Below are positions 1-8,473 of a stretch of 36,658 nt of DNA, piece by piece. Position 1 is the first letter of the stretch; the number at the start of each line of letters is the position of its first letter. The stretch is taken from positions 1-36,658 of the IMG/VR virus record IMGVR_UViG_3300031786_000022. One strand, written 5' to 3'. The notes beneath the pieces are model-generated. The model worked only from the letters and a program-made list of their open reading frames with translations. It did not search any database and was not told the origin of the DNA. The position numbers and the translations under genes are program-made. Source of the DNA: a virus (Duplodnaviria; Caudoviricetes).

Positions 1-880
1 TGAATGTCCGGCGGTTTTCTTCAATGACCGATGGTAACGCTTGCAATCCGGCAATCACGGCAAACGCGGCGTCCGTCAATGTTTCAAATATTGGCAACAC
101 ACCTTCGCCAACCGTCCGTTGTAATTCTGCCCAATTTCCCTCCAGGGTCGACAATCGTCCCGCCGTCGATTGGCTCAATTTATCGGTCAATCCGAAAAAT
201 CGTCCGCCTTCGGATGTCAACGTTGTGAACGCCTTTTCTAAATTGTCAAAGGAAATTTTTCCCTCCGAACCCAATTTTTTCACCTGGCCGGCCGAAACGC
301 CCAATTGGTCCGCGAACAACTGAATGACCGGAACGCCGGCTTCCGTCAATTGGTTGATGTCTTCAGCGAATAACGTTCCCTGAACACGGGCCTTCCCATA
401 AATGACGGACAATTCATTGAAATCTTTTCCGGTCGCGGATGCAACGTCACCGATTCGGCTTAAAGTAGTTTGCAACCCTTCGACCGGTTCACCAAATGCC
501 AAAAGTGATTTGGCCGCGTTGTTCACCTGTTCCGGGGTGAATGGTGTTTTGATGCTGAATTGTTCCAACTCCGAAAACAAATCTTTCGCGGCGGTGGCCG
601 AACCCAAAAACGTTTCCAACGAAATGTTCACGGCTTCATAATCCGCGACGGCTTTTATCGCCCCTTTTGCGAAATCAACGGACGCTCCGGCGATTGACAA
701 TCCGCCAAACGCGGCGGCGGCCCCGGCAATACTCGATTTCAATCCGCGCAATCCTGTTTCGGCCGCTTTTGTGTTGGTTTGAATGCTTTGAATTCCGGTG
801 TTCAATTTTGCAAACTCACTTCGCAATTGCGCGGTGTCCGCTTGCAATTTGAACAATATGTTGTTGACTTCGGTTGCCAT
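1..880 (-). CDS. Tape measure protein, N-terminal part (truncated by window edge; continues at 34317 if circular)
   Basis: ATG at 880 (MATEVNNILFKLQADTAQLRSEF); near-identical to the N-terminus of 31688-35197. Confidence 0.9.
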   Translation of the reverse strand, partial: MATEVNNILFKLQADTAQLRSEFAKLNTGIQSIQTNTKAAETGLRGLKSSIAGAAAAFGGLSIAGASVDFAKGAIKAVADYEAVNISLETFLGSATAAKDLFSELEQFSIKTPFTPEQVNNAAKSLLAFGEPVEGLQTTLSRIGDVASATGKDFNELSVIYGKARVQGTLFAEDINQLTEAGVPVIQLFADQLGVSAGQVKKLGSEGKISFDNLEKAFTTLTSEGGRFFGLTDKLSQSTAGRLSTLEGNWAELQRTVGEGVLPIFETLTDAAFAVIAGLQALPSVIEENRRTF

Positions 881-885
881 GTCTT

Positions 886-1180
886 TTATTTTTCGTTTTG
901 TTCGTTTCGTTCGTCTTGAATCCGGAAAAACGTTGAAATTGTTTGATAATATTCATCAACGGACAATGATTCCATCGCCTTCATTTCGCTGACTTTGTTT
1001 TCGCAAATGATTTGGTTCGTGAAATTGATGTCGTCAATGTACTTCCCGATTTCAGCGATTGCAGAATTCGATAAAATCTTTCGTTTTCCTGGGCGCTGAG
1101 GTTCAAATAGTCGCGGATATCGTTGGACGATAATTCCGAAAATTTGATTGTGGATGTCAACGCCCTTTGAACAAAAAAAT
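886..1180 (-). CDS. -1 frameshift extension (gpT-like part) of the tail assembly chaperone
   Basis: The -1 frame is open from GAT TTT TTT G (1173-1179) to TAA at 888-886 (…EIGKYIDDINFTNQIICENKVSEMKAMESLSVDEYYQTISTFFRIQDERNEQNEK*); substitutions in the second copy are mostly synonymous in the distal part of this frame. Confidence 0.8.
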
Positions 1181-1628
1181 CGCGAACCAATGGATTGGCG
1201 TTCAACTTATCAATTCGGCGTTGTTTGAACACGTCATTGAATTCGGTTTCGTTTTCGCCATTCAGCACATAATAACACGCCGCCAATTCAATCAACGTTT
1301 GTTGTTCGCCAATGAATTCCAATCGCCATTCCATTTCGGCCAACAAATGAAACATTTCCACGATGTTTCCGCCATTGGCGGATTTCTTCATGGAATCAAT
1401 CATTGTTTTCAATTGGTCTTTGGTCATGTTCATTTCCGCGAACCTGGTCGCCACTTCGGCGGCGATGGCTCGTTTGGACGGCATGGTCAACGGGTTTGAA
1501 TATTCAAACCAATCGTCGCCGTCGGAATCGGTGAATATTTTGGTCAATGGAATGACCGAACCGGTGACGTGTTTGGATTCGGCCATCACCGGGTTTGGCT
1601 TGGGTTGTTGTCGTTTAAACCAATTCAT
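981..1628 (-). CDS. Tail assembly chaperone (gpG-like), 215 aa
   Basis: Directly upstream of the tape measure; slippery T7 run; start at 1628 (MNWFKRQQ) inferred from the ATGA overlap and the 215-aa copy at 35301-35948. Confidence 0.75.
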   Translation of the reverse strand: MNWFKRQQPKPNPVMAESKHVTGSVIPLTKIFTDSDGDDWFEYSNPLTMPSKRAIAAEVATRFAEMNMTKDQLKTMIDSMKKSANGGNIVEMFHLLAEMEWRLEFIGEQQTLIELAACYYVLNGENETEFNDVFKQRRIDKLNANPLVRDFFVQRALTSTIKFSELSSNDIRDYLNLSAQENERFYRILQSLKSGSTLTTSISRTKSFAKTKSAK

Positions 1629-1753
1629 CGTTTGGGTTTTGGGTTTGCCTTTTTGGCTTTGTTGATTGACGATTGACAAATGGCATACGCGGCGGATTCC
1701 GATTTCCCGGTCCGTATCACATCCGCAACACAACGTTCCAATTTTGGTGGCAT
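1625..1753 (-). CDS. Small basic 42-aa protein with two Cys (MPPKLERCVADVIRTGKSESAAYAICQSSINKAKKANPKPKR)
   Basis: ATGA overlap with the chaperone; 39/42 residues conserved in the copy at 35945-36073; TACCTTTG element upstream. Confidence 0.8.
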   Translation of the reverse strand: MPPKLERCVADVIRTGKSESAAYAICQSSINKAKKANPKPKR

Positions 1754-1775
1754 GTCCTTTGATTTTTTGTTCGCT

Positions 1776-1783
1776 CAAAGGTA
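1776..1783 (-). promoter_or_regulatory. Bacteroidota -7 element (TACCTTTG)
   Basis: TAnnTTTG consensus in the gap after terL, conserved at 36095-36102; no TTG at 19-nt spacing. Confidence 0.5.
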
Positions 1784-1792
1784 GCGAAAAAA

Positions 1793-3061
1793 TCAATTGC
1801 GATATTTGACGAATTCGTTGTGGAATGTCCACAAATAATATCTGAAACAATCCAACAAGTGTGACAAATTCGAATCCTTTGTTTTTTCGATGTCCCCGTT
1901 TGATGTGGTTTCCACATTCTGCAAATCATGAATCAACCATTGACATCCGGCGTCAATCTGAATGTCCGGATGTTTTTCCAAAATGGAATTGAGCAAAACG
2001 CGCGAATTTTTGATTGACGGGTTCACGCTTGGGACTTTGAATGCGGATTTGGGCAATTGTAATTCGTCGCGAATTATTGTGTAATAATTGACGGCGCCGC
2101 GTGTCATGGCCGAACGGTTGGCCCCGGACGCGTCACCGGTAACGATGAACAACCGGTCGCCAAATTCAACCCGGATGGATTCGCACAATCTGAAAATGTC
2201 CGAATTCTTCAATCTGAATTCTCGAATGATTCGGATTTTGTCGCCATACGATTGGCCGGCAATACATGTGATTGGGTCAACGTTGAAATCGAACGACAAA
2301 ATGATTGGTTCGTTCGGATGGATGGCCACACCGGTTTTCATGGTCTTGAATTTATTGAACGCGTAAGCGAACGGGCGTTCAACGTCGGAAACGTCCCAAT
2401 CGCCATTGACGAACACGGCCCTGGTCAATTCGTCCAATGAATCCATGGCGGCCAAATATTCGGGCGGCAATGATGGATTGTCCAACATCAACGCTCGTTT
2501 GTAAAAATATCCATCCGGCAATTGGCCGTTCATGGCCGGTTCATGGAATGTGGTTTTGGTCCATGTCTGCGACGGATTGCATGTGGCCATAATCAAACGC
2601 GGCGGTTGGTTTGGAATGATATGACGTCCAACGCGCAATTTGCATTTTTCGAATGTCTTTTTTTGTAATTCTTGGGCCTCCTCTAAAAGAAAAAAATTCG
2701 TTTCCAATCCATCGAACCGGGTCAAATTTTTATCCATGACAAAGTTTTCCGGGAAAAACTCCAGGGTCGAACCATTGGTGAACGTGACGATATGGTCCGT
2801 TTGGTGATAAGACCGGATGAATGGTTTGGGGCAAAGTTTGAAAAATGTTGGAATGGTTGTCCGCTTCAATGTCGGCAATGATTCGCGAATGACATGTGAT
2901 TTCGAATTCGGGAAAATCTTGGCCAACAATATCAATGTGGCCAATGAAACATAAGATTTTCCGCCGCCGGCGGCGCCTCCATAAAGCAAATATTCAAATT
3001 GGCCGGAAAAAACGGCCTCCATGAATTCCAATTGTTTTTGATGTGGTTCAAACACTACCAT
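1793..3061 (-). CDS. terL: Terminase large subunit (PBSX/SPP1-like)
   Basis: Walker A GGAAGGGKS, Walker B FFLLEE, coupling motif ATCNP, nuclease motifs SFDFN and HLLDCFRY; probable start MVVFEPHQKQ. Confidence 0.95.
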   Translation of the reverse strand: MVVFEPHQKQLEFMEAVFSGQFEYLLYGGAAGGGKSYVSLATLILLAKIFPNSKSHVIRESLPTLKRTTIPTFFKLCPKPFIRSYHQTDHIVTFTNGSTLEFFPENFVMDKNLTRFDGLETNFFLLEEAQELQKKTFEKCKLRVGRHIIPNQPPRLIMATCNPSQTWTKTTFHEPAMNGQLPDGYFYKRALMLDNPSLPPEYLAAMDSLDELTRAVFVNGDWDVSDVERPFAYAFNKFKTMKTGVAIHPNEPIILSFDFNVDPITCIAGQSYGDKIRIIREFRLKNSDIFRLCESIRVEFGDRLFIVTGDASGANRSAMTRGAVNYYTIIRDELQLPKSAFKVPSVNPSIKNSRVLLNSILEKHPDIQIDAGCQWLIHDLQNVETTSNGDIEKTKDSNLSHLLDCFRYYLWTFHNEFVKYRN

Positions 3062-3335
3062 TGGCGACCATGAATTCATCAAATACGTCGATTGAACAAT
3101 CCAAATGAAAATTTTGACCGGTTATCAATCGAACATAGGTTGTTCCGGGTTCATCTTCATTCCAGGCATAAACGCTGTCAATGTCGAACCGGACCGGAAC
3201 GGATTCCGTTGGCCTTTCAATTCCAATGGATTCATAATCAACGGCGTCATTGATTTGGAAAAATCCATTGGCGAAAACAAATCGCCCAACCAATCGCATC
3301 ATAAAGGATTCATTTTTTGGTTTGTTTTCTGCCAA
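3048..3335 (-). CDS. Hypothetical protein, 95 aa
   Basis: Tightly packed between neighbours; protein-like composition. Confidence 0.65.
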   Translation of the reverse strand: MAENKPKNESFMMRLVGRFVFANGFFQINDAVDYESIGIERPTESVPVRFDIDSVYAWNEDEPGTTYVRLITGQNFHLDCSIDVFDEFMVANGSV

Positions 3336-3583
3336 CGTTCGATGGCGTTTGAATTGCGTTCGAAATATCGGTCAATGATGGCCCATTCGTCGCGCGATTG
3401 AACGGATTGTTGGGTGAATCCTTCGGTCAATATTTGGTGATTGACTGAATGTAGTTTGTTGCGAACCCAACGATGTGCGGATTTGACGTCGCCCAAATCG
3501 TCAATGACTGATTGGATGACCATTTGGATTTCCTGTTCACTCAATTGAACAACGAATTGTTTTTGTGGTTGGTCTTTGTTCAT
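3299..3583 (-). CDS. Hypothetical protein, 94 aa
   Basis: 4-nt overlap with the terS stop. Confidence 0.65.
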   Translation of the reverse strand: MNKDQPQKQFVVQLSEQEIQMVIQSVIDDLGDVKSAHRWVRNKLHSVNHQILTEGFTQQSVQSRDEWAIIDRYFERNSNAIERWQKTNQKMNPL

Positions 3584-4137
3584 GTGAATTCAATGGTTTG
3601 GTTTCCAATTTTGAACACCTGGGGTTCGCCGGTCATTTCGACTTGAATGTTTTCGTTCCAATTCTCCGGGTCCGCGTTCTTCAGCGTGAAAATGACGGCC
3701 GTTGTCGATGGTCCGATGAATCGTTTTTTGGTTTTGATTTGACGTCCGGCCAAATCGCCCGTTTTTCCGTACAATTCAACGGTTTCCGTTTCTTCTACCC
3801 AATACCCAACAACCAGGCGTTCCAACGCGTCAACGGCCTTTTCTTTTATTCCCTCCTTTCGGTTTTTGGAATGTTTTTGTTTGGCGATTTTGTAACGGGC
3901 CGCAATTTCCGAATCCTGGTCAACCCAATTTTTGAATGTCCGGTCGGTGATGCCATGTTCGCCACAACATGATTGAATGGTCACGTTGTCGGATTCGTAC
4001 AACTCACAAATCGCGTTTGCAACTTGCCTCCGTTCTTCGGGTGTCCGTTCTGCGGCGGATGGTTTGCGCGGTGTTGGTTTTTTTTTGTCTGCCATCGGTT
4101 TTTGGTACGATGGCGAACCACTTTTTGTTTTCTTCAT
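3580..4137 (-). CDS. terS: Terminase small subunit (start may be 4095)
   Basis: N-terminal HTH (TIQSCCGEHGITDRTFKNWV), helical ALERLVVGY region, AVIFTLKNADPENW motif; upstream of terL. Confidence 0.8.
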   Translation of the reverse strand: MKKTKSGSPSYQKPMADKKKPTPRKPSAAERTPEERRQVANAICELYESDNVTIQSCCGEHGITDRTFKNWVDQDSEIAARYKIAKQKHSKNRKEGIKEKAVDALERLVVGYWVEETETVELYGKTGDLAGRQIKTKKRFIGPSTTAVIFTLKNADPENWNENIQVEMTGEPQVFKIGNQTIEFT

Positions 4138-4199
4138 GTCGCCAATTTTTCGGCCATTGGTTCGGCCCGGTGTTGTTGTTGGCGATGTGGTTTGTAGTC

Positions 4200-4472
4200 T
4201 TATTCGGTTTCAATCACGGGGTCCGGTTGGCCGGTGACGTAATTGATGAACGCCCGGCGGTCGGGTTTCAACAAATGTGGTTTTTTTTCCCAATGGTCAC
4301 AAAATTGAATCCATACGGTGTTGAATCGTTTGGCCAATTGTGATTCGTTGGCGGCGCCATCCGGAATGGCTCCGGTGTATTTGTGAAATGAATCAATGAC
4401 GGTCCAAAATTCACGGCGGATTTGCGATTGTTCGCGTCCGGCGGTTCTGCGAATTTGTCGGTTCATGGTCAA
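4200..4472 (-). CDS. Hypothetical protein, 90 aa
   Basis: ATGA overlap with the upstream gene. Confidence 0.6.
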   Translation of the reverse strand: MTMNRQIRRTAGREQSQIRREFWTVIDSFHKYTGAIPDGAANESQLAKRFNTVWIQFCDHWEKKPHLLKPDRRAFINYVTGQPDPVIETE

Positions 4473-4678
4473 AAATACGGATTTATTGGTTCATCCGGGT
4501 CCTGTGGTTCAAACAAATACATCAATTCAATCATTGACATTGCGCCGGCCAATAATTGGTCCAATGCGTCCACGCGCAACACAAAAATGTCGGGCGATGT
4601 TGATTCGTCATCGGTCAACGCGTCAATTGCGCGTTTGTGGATGTCTTTGATTTGCTGTTTGCGCTCCTGTTTGGTCAT
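4469..4678 (-). CDS. Hypothetical protein, 69 aa
   Basis: Helical, acidic ORF within the operon. Confidence 0.6.
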   Translation of the reverse strand: MTKQERKQQIKDIHKRAIDALTDDESTSPDIFVLRVDALDQLLAGAMSMIELMYLFEPQDPDEPINPYF

Positions 4679-4709
4679 GGTTGCATTATATACATGTTGC
4701 CCGCAAATA

Positions 4710-5381
4710 TTACCAAAGTTTTAATTGATTAACATACCCTTGTATGCGTTTACAGGCTTTATCATAATAAATTTTATCAATTTCATATCCTGTAAATTCG
4801 AGACCTAATTTATAACAAGCAATTGCGGTCGTTCCACTTCCACAAAATGGGTCAATCACTTTGCAAGGCTTATTGGTTATCATATCAATTAGCTTTGTCC
4901 AACTTGGCAAATGTTTTGGACAATTATGCCAAGACGCTTCATCTTGCATTGAAATATTGGTTTTGAAAATATCGTGTCCAATTCTCTTTTGAAGTTTACC
5001 CCAAAACAAAACAGGTTCATAGGCGTTAAATCCTCCTAATGGACTCGGACTATTTTGGTTTGGTTTATGCCATATAATCATGTGTTTTGGGTCAAGGTTC
5101 ATCCACATTTTGAGATTTTTATATCCAACGGTCATCACAACCGTTTCACATACTCTCAAAAGTTCATTTAACCAATCTTTGCACCAATTCTCATAATCAG
5201 AGGCGTGTTGACTGTCATCGTGTGTATTATACTTCCGGCCTACATTATAAGGTGGGTCGGTAATTGCCAAATTGAATTGCTTGTCATTTAGTTTCCGTAA
5301 AGCATGCAAACAATCCTCATTGAAAAGGAAAATTCCATTTCCAAAATTTGCACCAGGTTGTTTCAATTGTTCGATGGTCAT
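4710..5381 (-). CDS. Orphan DNA N6-adenine/N4-cytosine methyltransferase (beta class)
   Basis: Catalytic DPPY precedes SAM-binding DPFCGSGTT; start at 5381 inferred from ATGA overlap. Confidence 0.92.
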   Translation of the reverse strand: MTIEQLKQPGANFGNGIFLFNEDCLHALRKLNDKQFNLAITDPPYNVGRKYNTHDDSQHASDYENWCKDWLNELLRVCETVVMTVGYKNLKMWMNLDPKHMIIWHKPNQNSPSPLGGFNAYEPVLFWGKLQKRIGHDIFKTNISMQDEASWHNCPKHLPSWTKLIDMITNKPCKVIDPFCGSGTTAIACYKLGLEFTGYEIDKIYYDKACKRIQGYVNQLKLW

Positions 5382-5569
5382 GATTTGATGACGGATTTGA
5401 TTTCGTAATGATAAAAAAGCGGATTCAACCATTTGGGTTTGTCAACTCTCAATTCAACGTATTGATGACCAATCGTTGGTCCCTTCAAAACTGTTGCCGG
5501 GCCGGATGCGGTGTCAACTCTGTCGCCTGGTTGTAATTTCCAAAACGTTTGGATGTCAATGTGTTCCAT
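5378..5569 (-). CDS. Hypothetical small beta protein, 63 aa
   Basis: MEHIDIQTFWKLQPGDRV; starts right after the upstream stop codon. Confidence 0.6.
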   Translation of the reverse strand: MEHIDIQTFWKLQPGDRVDTASGPATVLKGPTIGHQYVELRVDKPKWLNPLFYHYEIKSVIKS

Positions 5570-5570
5570 A

Positions 5571-5960
5571 TTATGCGAAAATGGTTTGTTGGTTTTGGTT
5601 CTGCAATAATTGAACATGACGTTCGGCGACTTCGCGAATTTCGCGGATGGCGAATTCTCGCGCCTTCAGCGATTCAATCCATTGGTTGATTTCGGCGACG
5701 GTTTCTGCGGTGTAATATCCGCGCGATGTTGCAATCAATCCGGGGACCAGGTTATGGACGCGGATGAATTGAATCATTTTCCGGATTCGGGTGTCCTTTA
5801 ATTTGACGCCAAACGTTTCATGGATTTTGGAAATCATGGTTTCGGCCGTGACGATGTGTTCGATTCCGCGTTTCATTTTGAACCTGTCAACCATCATTGG
5901 AATCAACCGGTGTTCGGTTGGGTTCAAATCAATTGTGAATTCTTCGAAATTTTTTATCAT
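5571..5960 (-). CDS. Putative winged-HTH DNA-binding protein, 129 aa
   Basis: DTRIRKMIQFIR…LIATSRGYY pattern followed by a coiled coil. Confidence 0.6.
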   Translation of the reverse strand: MIKNFEEFTIDLNPTEHRLIPMMVDRFKMKRGIEHIVTAETMISKIHETFGVKLKDTRIRKMIQFIRVHNLVPGLIATSRGYYTAETVAEINQWIESLKAREFAIREIREVAERHVQLLQNQNQQTIFA

Positions 5961-5977
5961 GTGGTTTGGTATTGATA

Positions 5978-6226
5978 TTAGTTGTTTTTGATTTTGCGGT
6001 CGATGTCTGCCATCAATGAATCGGTTTTTTGTAGCCGTTTCCATTTGGCCTGGTTGAAATTTTTTCGGATTTCGCGGACCAACATGATGGACGCCCCGGC
6101 GGTTCCGGAATACACCCAAACCATTTTGAGCAAATAAATAATGGTTGAAACGATTCCAATGGCAATGATTCCGGCCAAAAATAACGGGGCCACCCAAATG
6201 ATGGCGATTTTCTCAATTGTTTTCAT
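5978..6226 (-). CDS. Small membrane protein, 82 aa
   Basis: Long hydrophobic N-terminal helix and basic tail. Confidence 0.6.
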   Translation of the reverse strand: MKTIEKIAIIWVAPLFLAGIIAIGIVSTIIYLLKMVWVYSGTAGASIMLVREIRKNFNQAKWKRLQKTDSLMADIDRKIKNN

Positions 6227-6410
6227 GTTCTTTCAAAAATATTTCAACGGATTGTTCCAAATTGGTTTGGCTCTCGCAGAACCATTGACAAAATTTAGCC
6301 AACAATTCGCGTTCCGCCTTCATTAGTTCGGCTTTGTTTTCTGCCATCCATTTGGGAAAATCGTCATGGAATTGGAACCGTTCGAAAACGGTTTGGATTG
6401 GTGTTTTCAT
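6213..6410 (-). CDS. Hypothetical protein, 65 aa
   Basis: ATGA overlap; MKTPIQ start. Confidence 0.6.
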   Translation of the reverse strand: MKTPIQTVFERFQFHDDFPKWMAENKAELMKAERELLAKFCQWFCESQTNLEQSVEIFLKEHENN

Positions 6411-6877
6411 TCGGCAAATGTATATTTCAAACGGTCGGCGGATTCATGGTCCAACAAATGGTTCCAATCGGATTGGTCAATCCAGGCCCGGAATGGTTCG
6501 TCCCGGTCAAAATTGGCGTTCATTCTTCGGACATCGTTTTCGGATTTGAGTATTGGCGCGAACACTTCCAATGGCGACCATAATTCGCGACGGGTTCCGT
6601 CCAACAAATGGAGTTTCACAACGTCTTTGGTTTGTCGGATGGCCATGACCAAACATTCGGACATGTTGGTGACGGATATCAATCGACATTCAAATCCGGT
6701 GTTGATGGTTGACATCAAATCGTCCAATTCTGCGGCGGTCAATTCGACCGTGATGGAAACAAAACGCGGTTGGTGATTTTCTGCGACAATCCGGTTTTCG
6801 AATCGGTTGTCAATCTTGAATGATGGCAAATGTTGTTCAATTTCAATTCGCCATTGGTGTCGTTTTTCTGTATTCAT
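6407..6877 (-). CDS. Hypothetical protein, 156 aa
   Basis: A-rich leader CAAAACAACAACATC before ATG at 6877. Confidence 0.65.
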   Translation of the reverse strand: MNTEKRHQWRIEIEQHLPSFKIDNRFENRIVAENHQPRFVSITVELTAAELDDLMSTINTGFECRLISVTNMSECLVMAIRQTKDVVKLHLLDGTRRELWSPLEVFAPILKSENDVRRMNANFDRDEPFRAWIDQSDWNHLLDHESADRLKYTFAE

Positions 6878-6901
6878 GATGTTGTTGTTTTGGCAAAGAT
6901 G

Positions 6902-6934
6902 AACCAACGTCCCGAAATGGACGTTGGTTTTTTT
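6902..6934. terminator. Hairpin AACCAACGTCC-cgaaat-GGACGTTGGTT downstream of ssb
   Basis: 11-bp perfect stem; the U-tract is stronger on the + strand. Confidence 0.65.
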
Positions 6935-6957
6935 GGATTGTTTTCAACAATTAATTT

Positions 6958-7362
6958 TTAAAACGGCAAATCGTCGTCACCCTGGTTGACTGCGGCGCCC
7001 GGCTCGGATTTTTGTTTGACGCTTGTTTGACGGTCATTTGATTGACCATCCGATGGACGGCCCAAAAGTTCAACGGATTCCGCGATGACATTGGTGAAAC
7101 GCTTTTTGACGCCATCGCCATCAACCCGTTCGTTGATGTTCAACCGGCCTTCAATCATGATTTTGGAACCCTTGGAACACCATTTTTCGGCAAAGTCCGC
7201 GTTTTGGCCCCAATGGACGATATCAACCCATGTTGTTTTGTCGGTCCATTCGCCATCGATTCGGGTTCGCTCTTTTACTGCCAACGAATAGTTGACGCCG
7301 GTTCCATTTGTGGTTCGTTTGGGTTGTTGGCCAACATGGCCAATCAAAAAAATTTTGTTCAT
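6958..7362 (-). CDS. ssb: Single-stranded DNA-binding protein
   Basis: MNKIFLIGHVGQQP, KGSKIMIEGRL, acidic tail DDDLPF. Confidence 0.95.
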   Translation of the reverse strand: MNKIFLIGHVGQQPKRTTNGTGVNYSLAVKERTRIDGEWTDKTTWVDIVHWGQNADFAEKWCSKGSKIMIEGRLNINERVDGDGVKKRFTNVIAESVELLGRPSDGQSNDRQTSVKQKSEPGAAVNQGDDDLPF

Positions 7363-7586
7363 TTCAAAAGTTCAATTTTTGGGGTTTGCGTTTGGATTAT
7401 TGGTTGCGGTTGAACAATCATTTTGTTTTCGGTCAACCATTGTTCGAATGACCATCCATTTGGATGGACGGCCCGTTCGGTTTTTTCACCCTGGTCATTG
7501 GGTGTTGATTCAATGGAACATTCGCCAATGTATTCTCTTTTGAGTAGAAACAAAATCGCGGTTCCCGGATTGATTGGTTTTGTCAT
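7359..7586 (-). CDS. Hypothetical protein, 75 aa
   Basis: ATGA overlaps at both ends. Confidence 0.55.
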   Translation of the reverse strand: MTKPINPGTAILFLLKREYIGECSIESTPNDQGEKTERAVHPNGWSFEQWLTENKMIVQPQPIIQTQTPKIELLK

Positions 7587-8473
7587 TCGTATTGGTTTGA
7601 TTTGATTTGTTCAACTACGGCCCGAAAATCGGTGTTTTGTTTTCGGAATGTTTGAAAAAAATGGTCCATGGTCAATTCATAACAACGGCGCCGGGTGATG
7701 TCTGCCAAATTTTGATTTTGTTTGAATGCTAATTCACCGGATTCGAGCGATTCGCGCAATGTCCGGATTTCTTTTGCGCGGTCGCGTGATTCGGGTTTTT
7801 CATTGTTGATTTGGGTTGTGATTTGTTGTTTGGCGACTTCGACAATTTTGGATTTGTCGTCATTCTCCAGGACAAAACCCAATTGTTCCATGGTTCGGAA
7901 AATGTGTTCAACACCCGGAACCGATGGCCAATGGATTGGTTTTCCGGCGGCGAATTGGTCCCAACGTTTCAACAAACATTCTTCGACAAAGCCCCAAAAC
8001 ATCAATTTTTTGTCGTCGTCGGACGGGTCCGGTTTGGTTGTCATTTCCAACATTTTTGAATTGTATTCTGTTAATGCGGCGCCGCGTTTTTCTTTGTAGG
8101 CGTTGGCGACTGCGGCAAAATAAACGGGTGAAAAGTTTTGAAAATGGTTGATTTCGACATCCAGTTTTCCGGCGACTGCCATCCGAAACGCCAATTTCAT
8201 TTCGTCCGGGGTCATCCAACTGAATTCCGATTCGATGAATTCCATCAAAACCATTTTTTGCAATTCGGAGGGCAAATTTTCGCTTTTCAGACCAACCAAC
8301 GTGAAAATGTACCTCAAAGACATTTTGATTGATTCTTGGTCGGTTAGATTGCGAATTTTGGTGTCCTGTGATGCTTCGACAATCTCGCGTCCGTTAAAAC
8401 TTCGAAATTGCATCGTCGAAATTGGGTTTCGGATTCCGATTGCCGGATGGTTGGTGTTTGTTGTTGTTGTCAT
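7583..8473 (-). CDS. Replication-module protein (possible helicase loader, lambda P position)
   Basis: Directly after the initiator; MTPDEMKLAFRMAVAGKL helical core; function inferred from position only. Confidence 0.5.
   Translation of the reverse strand: MTTTTNTNHPAIGIRNPISTMQFRSFNGREIVEASQDTKIRNLTDQESIKMSLRYIFTLVGLKSENLPSELQKMVLMEFIESEFSWMTPDEMKLAFRMAVAGKLDVEINHFQNFSPVYFAAVANAYKEKRGAALTEYNSKMLEMTTKPDPSDDDKKLMFWGFVEECLLKRWDQFAAGKPIHWPSVPGVEHIFRTMEQLGFVLENDDKSKIVEVAKQQITTQINNEKPESRDRAKEIRTLRESLESGELAFKQNQNLADITRRRCYELTMDHFFQTFRKQNTDFRAVVEQIKSNQYE

Larger units (their letters stand above)
1..2339. repeat. Diverged direct duplicate of 34318-36658
   Basis: 1-127 is identical to 34318-34444; 22 mismatches in 128-300 by hand count, mostly at third codon positions; same gene order. 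Confidence 0.95.

Noticed and set aside
1629-1850. N-terminal extension of the chaperone in the 289-aa ORF call
   Set aside because: It overlaps terL and the conserved 42-aa gene, and the same frame is closed by a stop in the second copy
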